From Octopus vulgaris (taxonomy: Eukaryota): a stretch of DNA of 64,000 nucleotides. The number at the start of each line of letters is the position of its first letter. Position 1 is the stretch's first letter. The position numbers and the translations under genes are program-made. Location of the stretch: NCBI GenBank assembly GCA_951406725.2, contig OX597814.1:105400001-105464000 (forward strand). Direction: 5' to 3'. The notes beneath the pieces were generated by a model. It saw only the letters and a program-made list of their open reading frames with translations. It did no database searches and was not told where the DNA came from. Below, piece after piece: positions 41,010 to 55,772 of the stretch.

Positions 41010-41849
41010 CATACGTGCATGCATATATGTGTGTGTATCTATGCATGTCTAATACTTGTAATTATTACAGAACCAATGTTTCATGCTAATATCAAGGAAT
41101 TTTAGGGCAGTCATCTAAACCGATCTTTCCTAGAAATCAGAGATGCAAAATGTATGAGACCACGTGATGTGTGACGTCACTCACCGGTCGTCTATCCGTT
41201 GCTCTGACAAAATGTGTCAACCATTTCATAATTTGTTTTGATTATCACTTCATTATTAATGTGAAATGGTTTATTATATGACATTTTTCAGTGAAACATA
41301 AATTGCAGTTTTGAGGGCCAATTAATGGGGTTCTCTCTCTAAAATGATACGTGATATATCTGTGGACTTATCCTCTCTCTTTTTTTCAGGTTTGCTTAGA
41401 AGGCGCTGTTCATTTTTTCATTTTTTCTATTCTGTTGATAAACACAAGTTTTATTATGTTTATATAATCTCTCTTTAAATTAGTTTTCCGTTAGGTCGAT
41501 GTAAGAAGCAGTAGCGTAGTTTTCTTTATTTTCTCTTTTACTAATTGCTATTACTAATCAGATACTCGTCACAGTCACTCATCCATTGGTTATCTACGGT
41601 GAATGAGTGAATGTGATTGCATTGATGAAAAAGGGAGTTAGAGAACACTTAAGTGAATGAATGATTAAATGCGGACATGAGTGAGGCAGCGAATGAGAGA
41701 ATGAATGACTGAGTAGACGAATAAATGAAGAGAGTGAGAGAAAGAATGAGTGAGGAAGTGGAAGTAGGAGTGATCGAAAAGGGACATGAAAGAATCAGGG
41801 GAGCAGAATGGAGGCAAAGAGATAGAGTGAGAGAGAGAGAGAGAGAGAG

Positions 41850-41851
41850 AT

Positions 41852-41906
<55 letters not shown>

Positions 41907-41910
41907 AGGA

Positions 41911-41978
<68 letters not shown>

Positions 41979-41980
41979 GA
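41850..41980 (+). repeat. (GAAA)n microsatellite
   Basis: Direct observation. Confidence 0.95.
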
Positions 41981-42247
41981 GAAATACATATAGACTCCAG
42001 ATAAATAAAAATGTTGAAGACAGGCAGGATGTCAGAACTGAGAAATTGAGAAAGAGAAAGAAAATGAGAAAGAGAGAAGGGGGAAAGAGAGAGAGAGAGA
42101 GATTAGTTATAGGGATACAGAATTGATGGGAAAATGGACACAAAAAAGCGGCAACAGTACGGAGGTAGACAGAAACGCCAGCTTGGTTCGATTCAGAGAC
42201 ACACATACATAAACACGCGCGCGCACACACACACATTTATATATATA

Positions 42248-42412
42248 TACGGCGTGCTTCTTTCAGTTTCCGTCTACCAATTCCACTCAAAAGACTTTGG
42301 TCGGCCCAAGGCTATAGAAGAAGACACTTGCCCAAAGTGCCACGTAGTAGGACTGAACCCGGAACCATGTGGCTGGTAAGCAAGCTACTTACCACACAGC
42401 CACTCCTGCGTC
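42248..42412 (-). mobile_element. SINE family A 5' half
   Basis: Matches 2385-2546. Confidence 0.85.
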
Positions 42413-42469
42413 TATATATATCAAGAGAGAGAGAGAGAGAGAGGTATGCATATATGCATGCTTACATAT

Positions 42470-42532
<63 letters not shown>

Positions 42533-42794
42533 TAATTATGAGTATGCTTCAGTACGTGTATATGTGTGTATACGCATGTGTAAGTACATGTTCCGGTATG
42601 CATTCGGCCATATTTTTTCTTTTATATCGCTCACTCCCGCCGCTCCTAATGCCCATCTCTCCCCCATTAGACACAATATGAATAATAACACACATCATTT
42701 GTTCACTCTGTTGAGTAATAACTACAAATCATTAAATCTGGGGTTTTTTCTTTGACTCCCACCATTATATTGTTCACTTTTTACGGTACCTTGG

Positions 42795-42848
<54 letters not shown>

Positions 42849-42887
42849 AATACACGATCACGCATGCATGTATACACACATACATAA

Positions 42888-42946
<59 letters not shown>

Positions 42947-42947
42947 G

Positions 42948-42980
<33 letters not shown>

Positions 42981-43585
42981 TATATATATATATATATATG
43001 CATTTCAGTAAGCACCGACCAACAAACAATGAATATCACAACATAACAATCAAACACAGACAACATTAACAGCAACAACAACAACAGCACAAATAATAAC
43101 TACTGGAAAAATCTTTACTTTGAAATAAATATGTAATAATTTCTTTTGGAGCAAAATGCCGATTTTTACAACATTCCATCTGTTCTGGCAGACCCGAAAA
43201 CTAAAATAAATAAAAGGCGACATGGAGGAATTTCACAGCGGGGAATGGAGGGCGAGGGGTTGTCTTTCTTTGTGGCGCTCTTTGTTGCCAGTCCGTTTGT
43301 TTGTTTTTTATGAAATTACTTTTGTATGTTATCATAGATAAGTACATACATAGATACATGCATATATGAATATATATATTTATGCACACACATACACACA
43401 CATATGAATGTGTGTGTGTGTGTGTATTGGCCAATTATTGTTCTTTTATTATTATATATTCTATCATAACATATATTTATTTCAGTTTTTCTTATCCGTA
43501 TGATTTCCTTTTCCAATTTTATTACAAAATTTCCTTCAATTTTTTTTATACAATAGTTTATGCGTTTATTTCTGCTGTTTCTTTT

Positions 43586-43648
<63 letters not shown>

Positions 43649-43798
43649 TTCTATAGACACACACAAACACACATTATTGGCTTGTTGTTGCTGGAGTAAT
43701 TGTAATTATTTGATACCGTGTTGTTATTGTCTTTAACGATCTCTATATTTTTGACTACTTATTCTAATAATGATGATAATAACAACAACAACAACAAC

Positions 43799-43860
<62 letters not shown>

Positions 43861-43868
43861 TAATAATG

Positions 43869-43938
<70 letters not shown>

Positions 43939-44083
43939 TAGATGATGATGATACTGATGATAGTGATGATGATGATAATGGTGAATGATGATAACCACGG
44001 TAACAATAATAATAATCATCGATCGCCCCACTACATTTTATTATTTCTATTGTTATTATTATTATCAAATTTTATTATTCTTA

Positions 44084-44150
<67 letters not shown>

Positions 44151-44264
44151 TGTAGTAGTAGTAGTAGTATCATCATTGATATTGCTGGTATCATAATTTT
44201 TTATATACATAACATTGCTGTAATAATACCTTGGGTATGAAATGAGAATACTGTATCAAATGAA

Positions 44265-44306
<42 letters not shown>

Positions 44307-44521
44307 TGTGTGTATATACATATATATACATTCATGTGTAGATATATATATATATGCATGTGTAGATATACACACACACACATACACATACACATATGTA
44401 TGTGGAAAAGTTAACAAATTCATAAGAAAATTACATTGATACACACACGCATACACACATATACACACAAATGTACATACATGTACATATATACCTATAT
44501 ATACATATATGTACACATATA

Positions 44522-44625
<104 letters not shown>

Positions 44626-45503
44626 TACATATAATATATACATACATGCATATATTCCTATATATACAAGTGAATAGAAAGAGATTGTATCCCAATGTAC
44701 CCGAATAAATACAAACACGCAAGCACACACACATATAAACACACACACTCATGTACATACACTTATGCACGCATACACACATACATACTTACATACAGAG
44801 TTACATACACATGGATACACACGTACATGCACATACGCACACTTACAAACACATATACGCCCATACACACATACTAACACACATACTCACATACGAACAC
44901 CTGCACAAACACATACACACATATACACACATGCACACACAGACGGACACGCACACACAGGCACATACACACGCACAAACACACGCACACACATATGCAC
45001 ACGCACACGCACGCACACACACACACAACATGCCAATACATGCACAAATGCAGTTGTAGAGCCAACACTAACGGTGTAATAATCTGTTTTCTCCCCGGAC
45101 GACTTTCAAAGTGCCGCCATATATATAACCAATTTATGATGTGTACTCATGGCTTCCGTATCGATCTCTCATCGAATCACCGATAGATGTTCACGTCTTT
45201 ATCAACCGAAACAATCAAACAAAATAATCCTTTAGTCTTCATTGTTTCTTTCTCTTTGGTCTTTTGTTGGTAGATTAAACCACACTTCCCTCTCTCTCCC
45301 CCAATCTCTGACTCTCTCTCAATCTATGTTTCTCCTTCTCTCTTAGTCACACACTCTCTCTCTCTCTCCATATTTCTATCTCTATCTCTATTTCTCTACC
45401 TATATCTATCTATCTACCTGTCTATCTGTCTATCTACAAACAAGAGCATGTATATGCAGCATTCGTTTGATTATGCATATACAGATATGTGTGTAGGTAT
45501 GTA

Positions 45504-45575
<72 letters not shown>

Positions 45576-45700
45576 CATATATATACATATATATATACAT
45601 ATATATATATACATATATGTATATATATATATATATATATGATATATGTATATATGATATATGTATATATATAAATATATATATATATGTATATTATGTA

Positions 45701-45732
<32 letters not shown>

Positions 45733-45945
45733 CACTATATATATATATACATATATACTTATATACACCGGTATTTAAACAAAACATACACAAACCAACA
45801 TATATCTCTCATCCGCTCATACCGACCATATACATACATACAGACATCTATGTATATGTATGTAAATGTATATGTACATATATATACACACACACATATA
45901 TACATACATATGTATATATATGTATATATATATATATATATATAT

Positions 45946-45985
<40 letters not shown>

Positions 45986-46274
45986 ATATATGTGTTTATA
46001 TATATATGTATATATATATATATATATATGCATATATGTACATATATATGTATATATATACATATGTATACATATATATACATAAGTATGTATATACCTA
46101 TATATATATATATACCCCACAATACATACGTAGGTGAGCAACTACCCAAAACTTTCTCTTTTTCTTTCAACTCGATTTTTAGAAAGTGATTGCAATAAAT
46201 TTGGTATTTCTATTATAACTGTGTTTGTATTGAGTCCGTGTGTGTAGGTGTTAGAGTGGATATAAGCGTGTACG

Positions 46275-46310
<36 letters not shown>

Positions 46311-46627
46311 TGTGTGTGCGTAGGGGTATGATGGGGGTACGAGAGACAAAATATTATTTAGATGAAAACAATTTGACTGGCTTCAGTTCTTATCCAATAA
46401 CAGTGTTTATTAATATAGTTTCTTTATATTATTATTGATCTCTCTCTCCACCTATATATATGTGTGTGTGTTTGTGTGTGTGCGTGTGTGTGTGTATGCG
46501 TGAGTGCGTGTGAGTTTGCCTCTGTGTGTACATATATAATATATACATGTATATATATATACATATATATACAAATATACACATACAGATGTAATATATC
46601 TACAGATATGTATGCTCTTATATCTAC

Positions 46628-46694
<67 letters not shown>

Positions 46695-46727
46695 GATTGA
46701 TAGATAGGCAGATAGGCAGATAGATAA

Positions 46728-46795
<68 letters not shown>

Positions 46796-47112
46796 ATATC
46801 GATAGATAAAGAGAGAGAGAGGGACATATACATATATGTATATATGCACTGTGCATGCGCGCGCGCGTGATGTGTGTGTGTATTGTGTGTGTGTGTGTGT
46901 TTGCCCGATTCGTCTGAACCGGTTGCGCCAAATTGCGTCGCAGTGTGCACCAAAGCTAAACTAAACAAAAATGATTGGAAAAGCTGTCGAGGCATTTTAC
47001 TTATTATCAACTTGTTGGTATTTCTGTCATTACGGCGCCCCCTGGCGCACAAGCATTGAAGCATGCTTTATTACTACTTGCACCAAAATGAATACAAACC
47101 GACTATAGTGTT

Positions 47113-47156
<44 letters not shown>

Positions 47157-47157
47157 A

Positions 47158-47192
<35 letters not shown>

Positions 47193-47230
47193 ACAGCAGC
47201 AGCAACAACAGCAGTAGTAGTAGTATTAGT

Positions 47231-47313
<83 letters not shown>

Positions 47314-47346
47314 CAGTAGTAGCAGTAGCAGTAGCAGCAGCATCAT

Positions 47347-47401
<55 letters not shown>

Positions 47402-47403
47402 TA

Positions 47404-47453
<50 letters not shown>

Positions 47454-47957
47454 ACAATCATAATGGTTTCTGATTTCGGCACCAGGTCAGCAATATTGAG
47501 GAGGGGGTGGGGCGTAGTGAATACCATCAGCACCAATACTTGGTTTATTGTTATTTTTATTATCATTATTATTATTATTTTATCAGTCCCGGTAAGATGA
47601 AAGACAAATTTGACCCCGGCGAGATTTGAACTTAGAGTGTAATAATAAAGAGTCGGCAGAAATACCTGCGAGGCCAAGCAACGCAATTCGTGGGCGTGTT
47701 AGATTACAAGCCATGACGATGACGGATGGAAGATGTATTCTTGTAATGAACTGTTCGGCTTTTTTTCTCCCCCTTCTGGGGGAGCGGGGACTGATAAAGA
47801 AGAAGAAGAAGAAGAAGAAGAAGAAGAAGAAGAAGAAGAAGAAGAAGAAGAAGAAGAAGAAGAAAAAGGTGTGGTGGCGGCGGTGGTAATGATGGTATGA
47901 TGATGATGATGATGATGATGACGGTGGTGGTTGTGGTGGTGGTGGTGGTGGTGGTGG

Positions 47958-48004
<47 letters not shown>

Positions 48005-48258
48005 ATGGTGGTGGTGTTGATGATGATGATGGAGATGGTATTGTTGGTGATGATGATGATGATGATGATGGAGATGGTGGTGGTGATGACGATGAGGAGG
48101 AGGTGGAGGGGGATGCAGATGACGGCTTGTAGTTTTAGTCAAAGATTATACATTTTCAGGAGGTGTCTACCCACTTGAATAACCCTCAACATATAACTGG
48201 TATTTTATTTGAGACCATATCTACGGCACAGACTTATCCACATATTGCATCTTACTAA

Positions 48259-48450
48259 GGCAGCGAGCCGGCGGAATCGTTAGCACCCCGGACAAATGCT
48301 TCGCGGCATTTCATACCGTCTTTACGTTCAAATTCCGCCGAGGTCGACTTTGGCTTTCATCCTTTCAGGGTCGACAAAATAAACACTAGTTAAGCAATGG
48401 AGTTGGTGTAATCGACTTGCGCACTTCCTTGTGCCCAAAATTTCAAACCA
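48259..48450 (+). mobile_element. SINE family B
   Basis: ggcagcgagccggcggaatcgttagcacc...ttcaaattccgccgaggtcgactttggctttcatcctttcagggtcgac. Confidence 0.8.
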
Positions 48451-49237
48451 GTATGTTGTCTGTTATTTCTTAGCCTACATTAAACCTGTAACCTATTTCT
48501 CTGTTCAGAGTTTAACTCCAAGACAAAATTCCAGCGCCTCCAGCCACCGCACCATTTCGTATGACACATATTTTGTAAAATAACCCACTATTTCAGGAGA
48601 AAGATAGAAATTATGGTGATTTGGTTTTTGTTCTGTGGGCGCTCTTTTAGTTTTTTGTAAAAACAGGGGGCTTTATTTTATTTTATTTTATTTCAATTTT
48701 TTTTTAATGAAAAGAATCATTAATATGCAAATGAAACAAAATGACTTTTGCATTCCAATCAGAGAAAATAAAAAGAAATGAGATTCTAACAAGAATTGAA
48801 TTAAAAGTACGGAAACTATGGAAATTTTTTCTTGTTGAGGGGAAGGACCATTGTGAATGTTTTTTGTTAATCTCATGTTTTTTATTAAATTATCATTTTT
48901 AAAAAAAGTAAATTTCGGGGCTAACTGAGGATTTGTTAAATTTCCTTAATTCATTTGAAAACCTTTTGTTTCTTTTTTATATTTTTAAAGTTTTTCTCTT
49001 CTTTTTTTTTGTCTTTTGTTGTTTTTTCTTTGTTTTGTTTTGTTTATTAGTCAGAGGAGGAGAACCATTGTCTGTGACTCTTAGCATTGTCTATGGCGTT
49101 GCAGGAATTATACATATGGAAAACCCAGGTCTAATAATAGTGCGAAAGGCACGCAGGAGACTGGGACGGGAATCAACTGAGTGTGCATGGCTGGTGGTTG
49201 CCTGCAGTAACAGTCGTAGTAACTGTGAGGGCAGTTA

Positions 49238-49917
49238 CAGGGTGGGGCAGAGAAGACGGACGTTTTTGAAATGGCTGTTACGTGGTTTGTTAGCATTTCT
49301 TTCTCAGGTAAAGCCATGATGCTGTGAACGATAGAGCATCGCGTGTTTGCCTACGGCAGTTACGTGAAGAACAGCGAGTCTTTCACAGCGGTTCAGCGTA
49401 CGTTTCCGTGTCACTTCAACACTCACCGAAATCAGGCCGTTCCCACCCGTAACACAATCTTATGTTCACGAAGTACACTGATGAATAGGAGACCGCTTGG
49501 GGCTCCACGAACGGTACGGATCCCCCGAAAACGTTGAATGCGTCGGACAAAGCTTTGATACAGAATCCGAATCGCTCTGCTCGGAGGTATTCCACGGAAC
49601 CTGGTAATCGATCAGTAAGGCGTATTTTGCATGAATACCTGCATTGCATGAAGACCCGTACAAATTGGTCATTGAGCAACAGTTGAAACCATGGGACTAC
49701 GCACAGAGCACGAAGAGAGTGGAGGCCAACTTCCAAGAATGCCTTCAGAAATACATCATAGAAAACGGACACCACATGTTGGATGCTGTTTTCCACACTT
49801 AATTTTGACAAATGCTGATTCAGTACGAAAACATTGATGTCAATAATATTTGTCTGCAGCTAAAATTAATGATTTTGTGAATTTTTCAAAAACGTTCGTC
49901 CTCTCTGCTCCACCTTG
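49238..49917 (+). mobile_element. Internally deleted Tc1/mariner-superfamily element with both TIRs and TA target duplication
   Basis: TA|CAGGGTGGGGCAGAGAAGACGGACGTTTTTGAAA ... TTTCAAAAACGTTCGTCCTCTCTGCTCCACCTTG|TA. HTH remnant HRVFAYGSYVKNSESFTAVQR...VPTRNTIL...PRTVRIP. Confidence 0.85.
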
Positions 49918-50003
49918 TAGAAGGAAGGTGAAATCACTCCTTCTGGAGCCAGTACCTGTAGCTAGTTGGAAAGGATTTTGCAGAAGAGGCTGTTGTAGTA
50001 GAT

Positions 50004-50298
50004 GGAAGGTGCATGACTTAGTGGTTTGGTCGTGAGTTCGGTTCCAGGCGATGTATTGTGTCCTTAAACAAGACTCTTGTATTCACATTGTTTCAGTCCA
50101 CTCAGCTGGCAAAAGTGATTTGTACATGTAATTTAAAAGGGCCAGCCTTGTCACATTCTGTGTCATGTTGAATCTCCCTGAAAACTACATTAAGAGTATG
50201 CATGTCTGTGGTGTACTCAGCCACTTGCATGTTAATTTCACGAGCTGGCTGTTCTGTTGATCGGATCAACTTGAACACTCGACGCCGTAACGGACAGA
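50004..50298 (+). mobile_element. tRNA-derived SINE, family C
   Basis: Head gcatgacttagtggt...gagttcggttcc; shares cagtccactcagctg with 51340-51615. Confidence 0.6.
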
Positions 50299-50800
50299 GA
50301 AGATGAGAATCGTAGGAAATGTTGAAGGTGTAGAGAAAGGAACCAACCCTGCTTTCAGTAAGGTGCTGTAGTCAATTGATGAATGAACATTTGTGTAAAG
50401 AGAAGTATTTAAACCATATTTTCTCTATTTGTGTGAGCAGCAACGACACCGCTCTCTATATGTAATCATTATTTCCATGTAGTAACGGTGCCGTTCTCTA
50501 CCGGGGAACATTATCACCATGTAACATCGGCGCCGTGAGCAGCATTCCAATATGGTTCCAGCTCGATCTTTGTATAGTTTTCGTAACTGACAATAGAGAA
50601 ATATTTTCTGGCACTGAAGAGGAAGGATGCACTCTGAGAGAACGGCTTAGACAATGCCAGATTACAACAGGTTTGTGAAGCCCCACTATTTTAAACCATT
50701 TCGAAGCCTTTGCTGCTGAGATGCAGAGAGGCATCTAGTATAATGGTGTATCCTTTGTGCACTGATAGCATCCTTGAGATGGGACAAGCTGTTCTGCCAC

Positions 50801-51297
50801 GCTGTCATGCTGTCATGCTGTCAAGCTGTCACGCTGTCAAGCTGTCACGCTGTCATGCTGCCATGCTGTCACGCTGTCATTATGTCATGCTGTTATGCTG
50901 TCACGCTGTTATGCTGTCACGCTGTCATGCTGTCATTATGTCACGCTGTCATTATGTCACGCTGTCATGCTGTCATGCTGTCATGCTGTCACGCTGTCAT
51001 GCTGTCATGCTGTCACGCTGTCGTGATGTCATGCTGTCACGCTGTCATTATGTCACGCTGTCATGCTGTCACGCTGTCATGCTGTTATGCTGTCACGCTG
51101 ACACGCTGTCATGCTGTCATGCTGTCATTATGTCACGCTGTCATGCTGTTATTCTGTCACGCTGTCACGCTGTCATGCTGTCAAGCTGTCATACTGTCAT
51201 GCTGTCACGCTGTCATGCTGTCATGCTGTTACGCTGTAACGCTGTCATGCTGTCACGCTGTTATGCTGTCAAGCTGTTATGCTGTCACGCTGTCACG
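50801..51297 (+). repeat. 8-bp tandem repeat (GCTGTCAY)n, about 60 units
   Basis: Units GCTGTCAT and GCTGTCAC, with variants GCTGTTAT, TATGTCAC and GCTGTCAA. Confidence 0.95.
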
Positions 51298-51339
51298 ACT
51301 GGATTATGGTTTCGAGAACTCTGTTAATGAAGTAATTAC

Positions 51340-51615
51340 AATATCTAACCTAAGCAAAATAGATACGGTAAGGATCCTTCCCGAGTCATGTAAACTCATA
51401 AGCCCAGTTTCCGTGGCGCATATGCTCCCCACACTTCATGGAATGGGACGCCGGTCCATCGTAAGGTTCCTCATTTTAGGCAGCTGAGTGGACTAGAGCA
51501 ACGTGAAATGAAGTGTTTTGCTCAAGAACATAACGTATTGCCCGGTCCAGGAATCGAAGCCACAGTGTTACGACCATGAGTTCAACACCTTAACCACTAA
51601 GCCACGCGCCTCCAC
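51340..51615 (-). mobile_element. tRNA-derived SINE with a family C-like head
   Basis: Minus strand GGAGGCGCGTGGCTTAGTGGTTAAGG...GCTTCGATTCC (A/B boxes), then ttcttgagcaaaacact...gtccactcagctg. Confidence 0.75.
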
Positions 51616-51657
51616 AAGTTGCATCGGGATAACATCGGAGGAATCCCGAGATTTTTA

Positions 51658-51779
51658 ATGAAGGCTGGAGGGTATATCAGCCGAAACGTTGTGTTAGCAA
51701 CAAACAAGATGAGGACCAATATCCGTCAAATGTAAATAATGTAAATAATGTACATAATTCCTCATCTCTCAAATATAGA
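51658..51779 (+). mobile_element. Second copy of the 5690-5836 Penelope-like fragment, hammerhead 5'-truncated
   Basis: ATGAAGGCTGGAGGGTATATCAGCCGAAACGTTGTGTT...ATCCGTCAAATGTAAATAATG. Confidence 0.7.
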
Positions 51780-52570
51780 CGCGTACTTTCTATAACATCG
51801 ATACTGATGGTTATCATGAACTTGTGTAGGCTGTTACCTGTTGCGATTTCCAAGAACGAGGCATCCTGCGTAGAAAGAACTGAGCTAAATGTTGAATAAT
51901 GCGACTCCTATTGAATATAAGCATCATCGATAAGAATTGATTGCATTGGATTACTTTTAGACAATCATTGCTACTCAGCTTGCAAGATCATCAGGACTAA
52001 GAAACGAGCTGGGAGGCCGTTGGGTAAAGAGGGAATTTTTGCCATCAAATCAAATGGTTCTTGTATATTTCGTCAGTCTGCAGTGTTTGTAATTGAAGAT
52101 GCTACGCAACTATTGTCTTTTTATTACTTTTAAAGAATCTTAACTTTCGCTTTTGGACCCAATCCTGTTTGGGATATCGTTAGACGTCAGATTGATGTCA
52201 TTCGTTATTGGAGATTCATAGAGTTAACATCTCATATCCCGATCATCTATTTATGATGCTGATTGAAACCTTTTCCAGTTCTTAGCTTTCCCCTTTTCTT
52301 TCCATTTCTAAAATACGTTATTTCTTGTCCACTAAAGAATCCATGTCTCTAATACGAATAGCAACTACATCTTTCTCATTGCGATTCTTACTCTTAGTTG
52401 TTCTCTCTGTTTATTCCTCATTTCATAAGACTAGCTATTATGCAAACATATTATTCATAGTTGTGTGCCGATAACAAACATACAAATATAGAGACGCAAC
52501 CAGCAAAATGTATTATACACACATACCTATGTATATATATATATACATACATATATATTTATAAGCATAG

Positions 52571-52606
<36 letters not shown>

Positions 52607-52697
52607 GTATATATTCATATATAAATCCCTGTCAACATACAGACCTTATTTTGCATGTATATGAATCTGTGTGTGTATATGTGTGTATACGTGTACG

Positions 52698-52749
<52 letters not shown>

Positions 52750-52794
52750 GTAGAACTTCGGTTTACGAATAAATCGTGCTTTATCTCTCTGTCC

Positions 52795-52839
<45 letters not shown>

Positions 52840-52906
52840 CATGCATATACATATACATAAACATATACATATATATATATACATATACATACAACATATA
52901 TACATA

Positions 52907-52959
<53 letters not shown>

Positions 52960-53015
52960 AAACGCGATTTATTCGAGATCAGATTTATTCAAAAACCGAG
53001 GTACTATTGTATATA

Positions 53016-53074
<59 letters not shown>

Positions 53075-53684
53075 GTTTATACGTATTTATATATATATGT
53101 ATGTATCTATGTGTGTGTGTACGTATGTGTGTATGCATGTATGTATGTATGTATGTATGTATAGTCACACACACATACAATACACATCCGATCACGTGCA
53201 CACGTAATCGCGCATAACAATTTTCGCTCGCCTCTCAACACATAAATAATGACACGGACATTACTGTGTATAAGAGTTTGCGCGCGCGCGCGTGTGTGTG
53301 TGTGCCTGTTTGTGGACATGTTTGCATGTGTGCATGTACGCACACACGCCCTTATCAAATAACTTCACACCCGCTCTCTGTCTCAACTTTCTCTCTTCCC
53401 GATCAGCCAATTTCCTCGGCCGATGATACATCTCTGTTTATTTCATCGATCTTCACGCTATTTAACATATTATCTCCAGTCGTTTAGTTCTTATCGATCC
53501 CACATCACACACACACACACACACATTTCCACAGACACCCACAAAACCACTCGGTGTCTCACAGCCGCAGTAAGATATATTTTCGACATTTCTCCATATC
53601 CTTTCATCGAAAGAATCTAACACCACACACACACACACACGTGTACACACAAACACACACACACGTGTACACACACATACACGT

Positions 53685-53722
<38 letters not shown>

Positions 53723-54916
53723 CAAGGCATTAAAATAGAGAAATGGACAGACAGAAGAAATGAAAATCTCGCCAACGTTGAAAGCGTTTTTCCTGTTTTT
53801 TTTTCTTAATTCGCATAATCTCTGATATGTTTCCCAGCCTAAACATTCTCCAGATAAGCAACTAATCTTAACAGATGCTATTTTCCTCCTCTGCTAAATG
53901 GACACGCCAGCATTAGCCTAGACCGGTCTCTCGAATATCTGTCAGATGGGAAAAGATGTTAACTAGCGAAATATATATGTCTATCGCCATGAGAATGGTG
54001 CAACAACATAAATCTTGATTTGAAAAACTTCTCTCGCTGTAGCAGACACATATTTCGAGACAGTTTTGTCAAGATGTCGGAGAACATATATATAAATAAA
54101 GGGAAAATAATATACATAAATATATATATATGTCTGTGTGTCTTTATTTGTCAGCATACATTAATATTAATAAAGTTATGTAACAAAATATATATATATA
54201 TATATATGTGTGTGTGCTTGTGTAGTATATATATATATATATACATATGTACATGTACGCATACATGTAACCATTTTTTATGTATATGCAATTATTTATA
54301 CATGTGAATATATATATACATGCATATATGCGTGCAGGACGTCACCAACGCTGAAAATAACATGAAATACGTAAACAAACGAGAGATAAACGTGTGAAGT
54401 ACGTAAGCAACAAGAAGAAAATGGAAAACAGGACAAGAAAACACAGAGAAAGGACCCTTCATCAGTTGTCGGCTATCTATCTACTCCTCATTTTGAGCAT
54501 TCAACGCAATATGAGTCTTCAAAGACAGTTGCTCCCATAAATTGTGAAATAAAATTTAGGATTTATGAAGGGTCAATGTTGGGAACAAAAACATTACAGT
54601 GGAGACATACAAGGAAACCGAACGAAAAAAAACATGGAGGGTCGTTTGATTAAAACGAGAGGAAAATAGGGAACGCTGTGAGAAACATTTTCTGGAAAAC
54701 AGAAAAGATAGAAGAGAGAGAAATAAACGTCCGTGCGGGAAAAGAAAGATGGTCACGTGAGGAAAAGAAAGATGGACGATAGTTACGTGTGAGCATCGAG
54801 AGAGCGAGAGAGAAAGAGAAAGAGGAGGAGAGAGTGACAGATGGAAAACGTTAGAGGGAGGGGGAGAAAACTCCTTTAGTGGACCCAGTTACTTACGACA
54901 TAGTAAACTAATACGT

Positions 54917-55546
54917 AGAGTCCCCTTTGCAGTTGGAATCCAGTAAATCCAATCAGAGAAGATTATTTCAAAAGGAGTTTATAGAATATAAAAGTTTCAT
55001 GTAAATGGAATTTTTGATGCTGAATCCGTATTTGTTATTTATTTATTCCAGAAACATTTTGCAAAAATGTTACAGGTATTCAAAGTTTGATAATTATCAG
55101 AATTTTCAGCCAATCAGAAAATTGTACGTTCGCTGCTTCTTCCATCAACAGGGGGAGGGGGCGGGCATCGGCATATCAAAACATTAATCTAAGATTTTAC
55201 AAAATAAATTATTTTTCTCGTATCTCCTCCTTGTGCGCATGCGCAGCATCTATAGTTACTATGGAAAAGAGTTCTTCGCAGTCAGCTATGCAACACTTGG
55301 TGCTTCTTTGCTTTGGTTACTATGGAAACAGAAATTTTCGCCACGGTGATATGTAAAATACTCGCTTTTGTTTGGTTAAAATACCCAAATTTTGCAAAAT
55401 TTAAAGGCTAATAACTTTTTAATTATAGATTTATAGGGAAAATTAATTTCCTTTTCATAATGAGCATACAAAACTTAATCTATATACCAAATTTGAAAAT
55501 AATTGGAAGAAAATTGTAAACAGTGACGAAAACTGCAAAGATCTCT
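54917..55546. mobile_element. Putative non-autonomous TIR element
   Basis: Imperfect termini AGAG..CTTTGCAGTT and AACTGCAAAG..CTCT. No ORF. Confidence 0.4.
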
Positions 55547-55772
55547 GTAATCTTCTAATTAGCTTTCTCCTTTCTGGTTTTAAGAAGCTTAATTTCTCAA
55601 AGATGACATTTAGGCAGTCTATCCTAGTGCCCCAATAATTACAGGTATAAATCTGAACTTGTAATCCGGGCAGAGTAGCAGTAAATTTCTCAATAGTTCA
55701 GCGTAGGTGTTTTCTTTGTCCCTGGTCTTTAGCTCTATGTTGACATCTGCTGGGCAGATGATTTCCACCGCT
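55547..55772 (-). mobile_element. RLE-type LINE fragment, (CATA)n-associated family
   Basis: AVEIICPADVNIELKTRDKENTYAELLRNLLLLCPDYKFRFIPVIIGALG; 5' junction in (CATA)n. Confidence 0.75.

Noticed and set aside
50710-51487. Cys/His-rich 205-aa and 237-aa ORFs as a metal-binding protein
   Set aside because: Fully explained by the stop-free 8-bp tandem repeat; open in more than one frame.
51535-51615. tRNA gene (also at the other SINE heads)
   Set aside because: A/B boxes are present but there is no complete cloverleaf, and the sequence continues into a SINE body.
54450-54535. Hammerhead on the minus strand (CTGATGAAGGG, or TTGAAGA...CAAAA)
   Set aside because: No intact stem II plus GAAA; at best a heavily decayed Penelope-like terminus.
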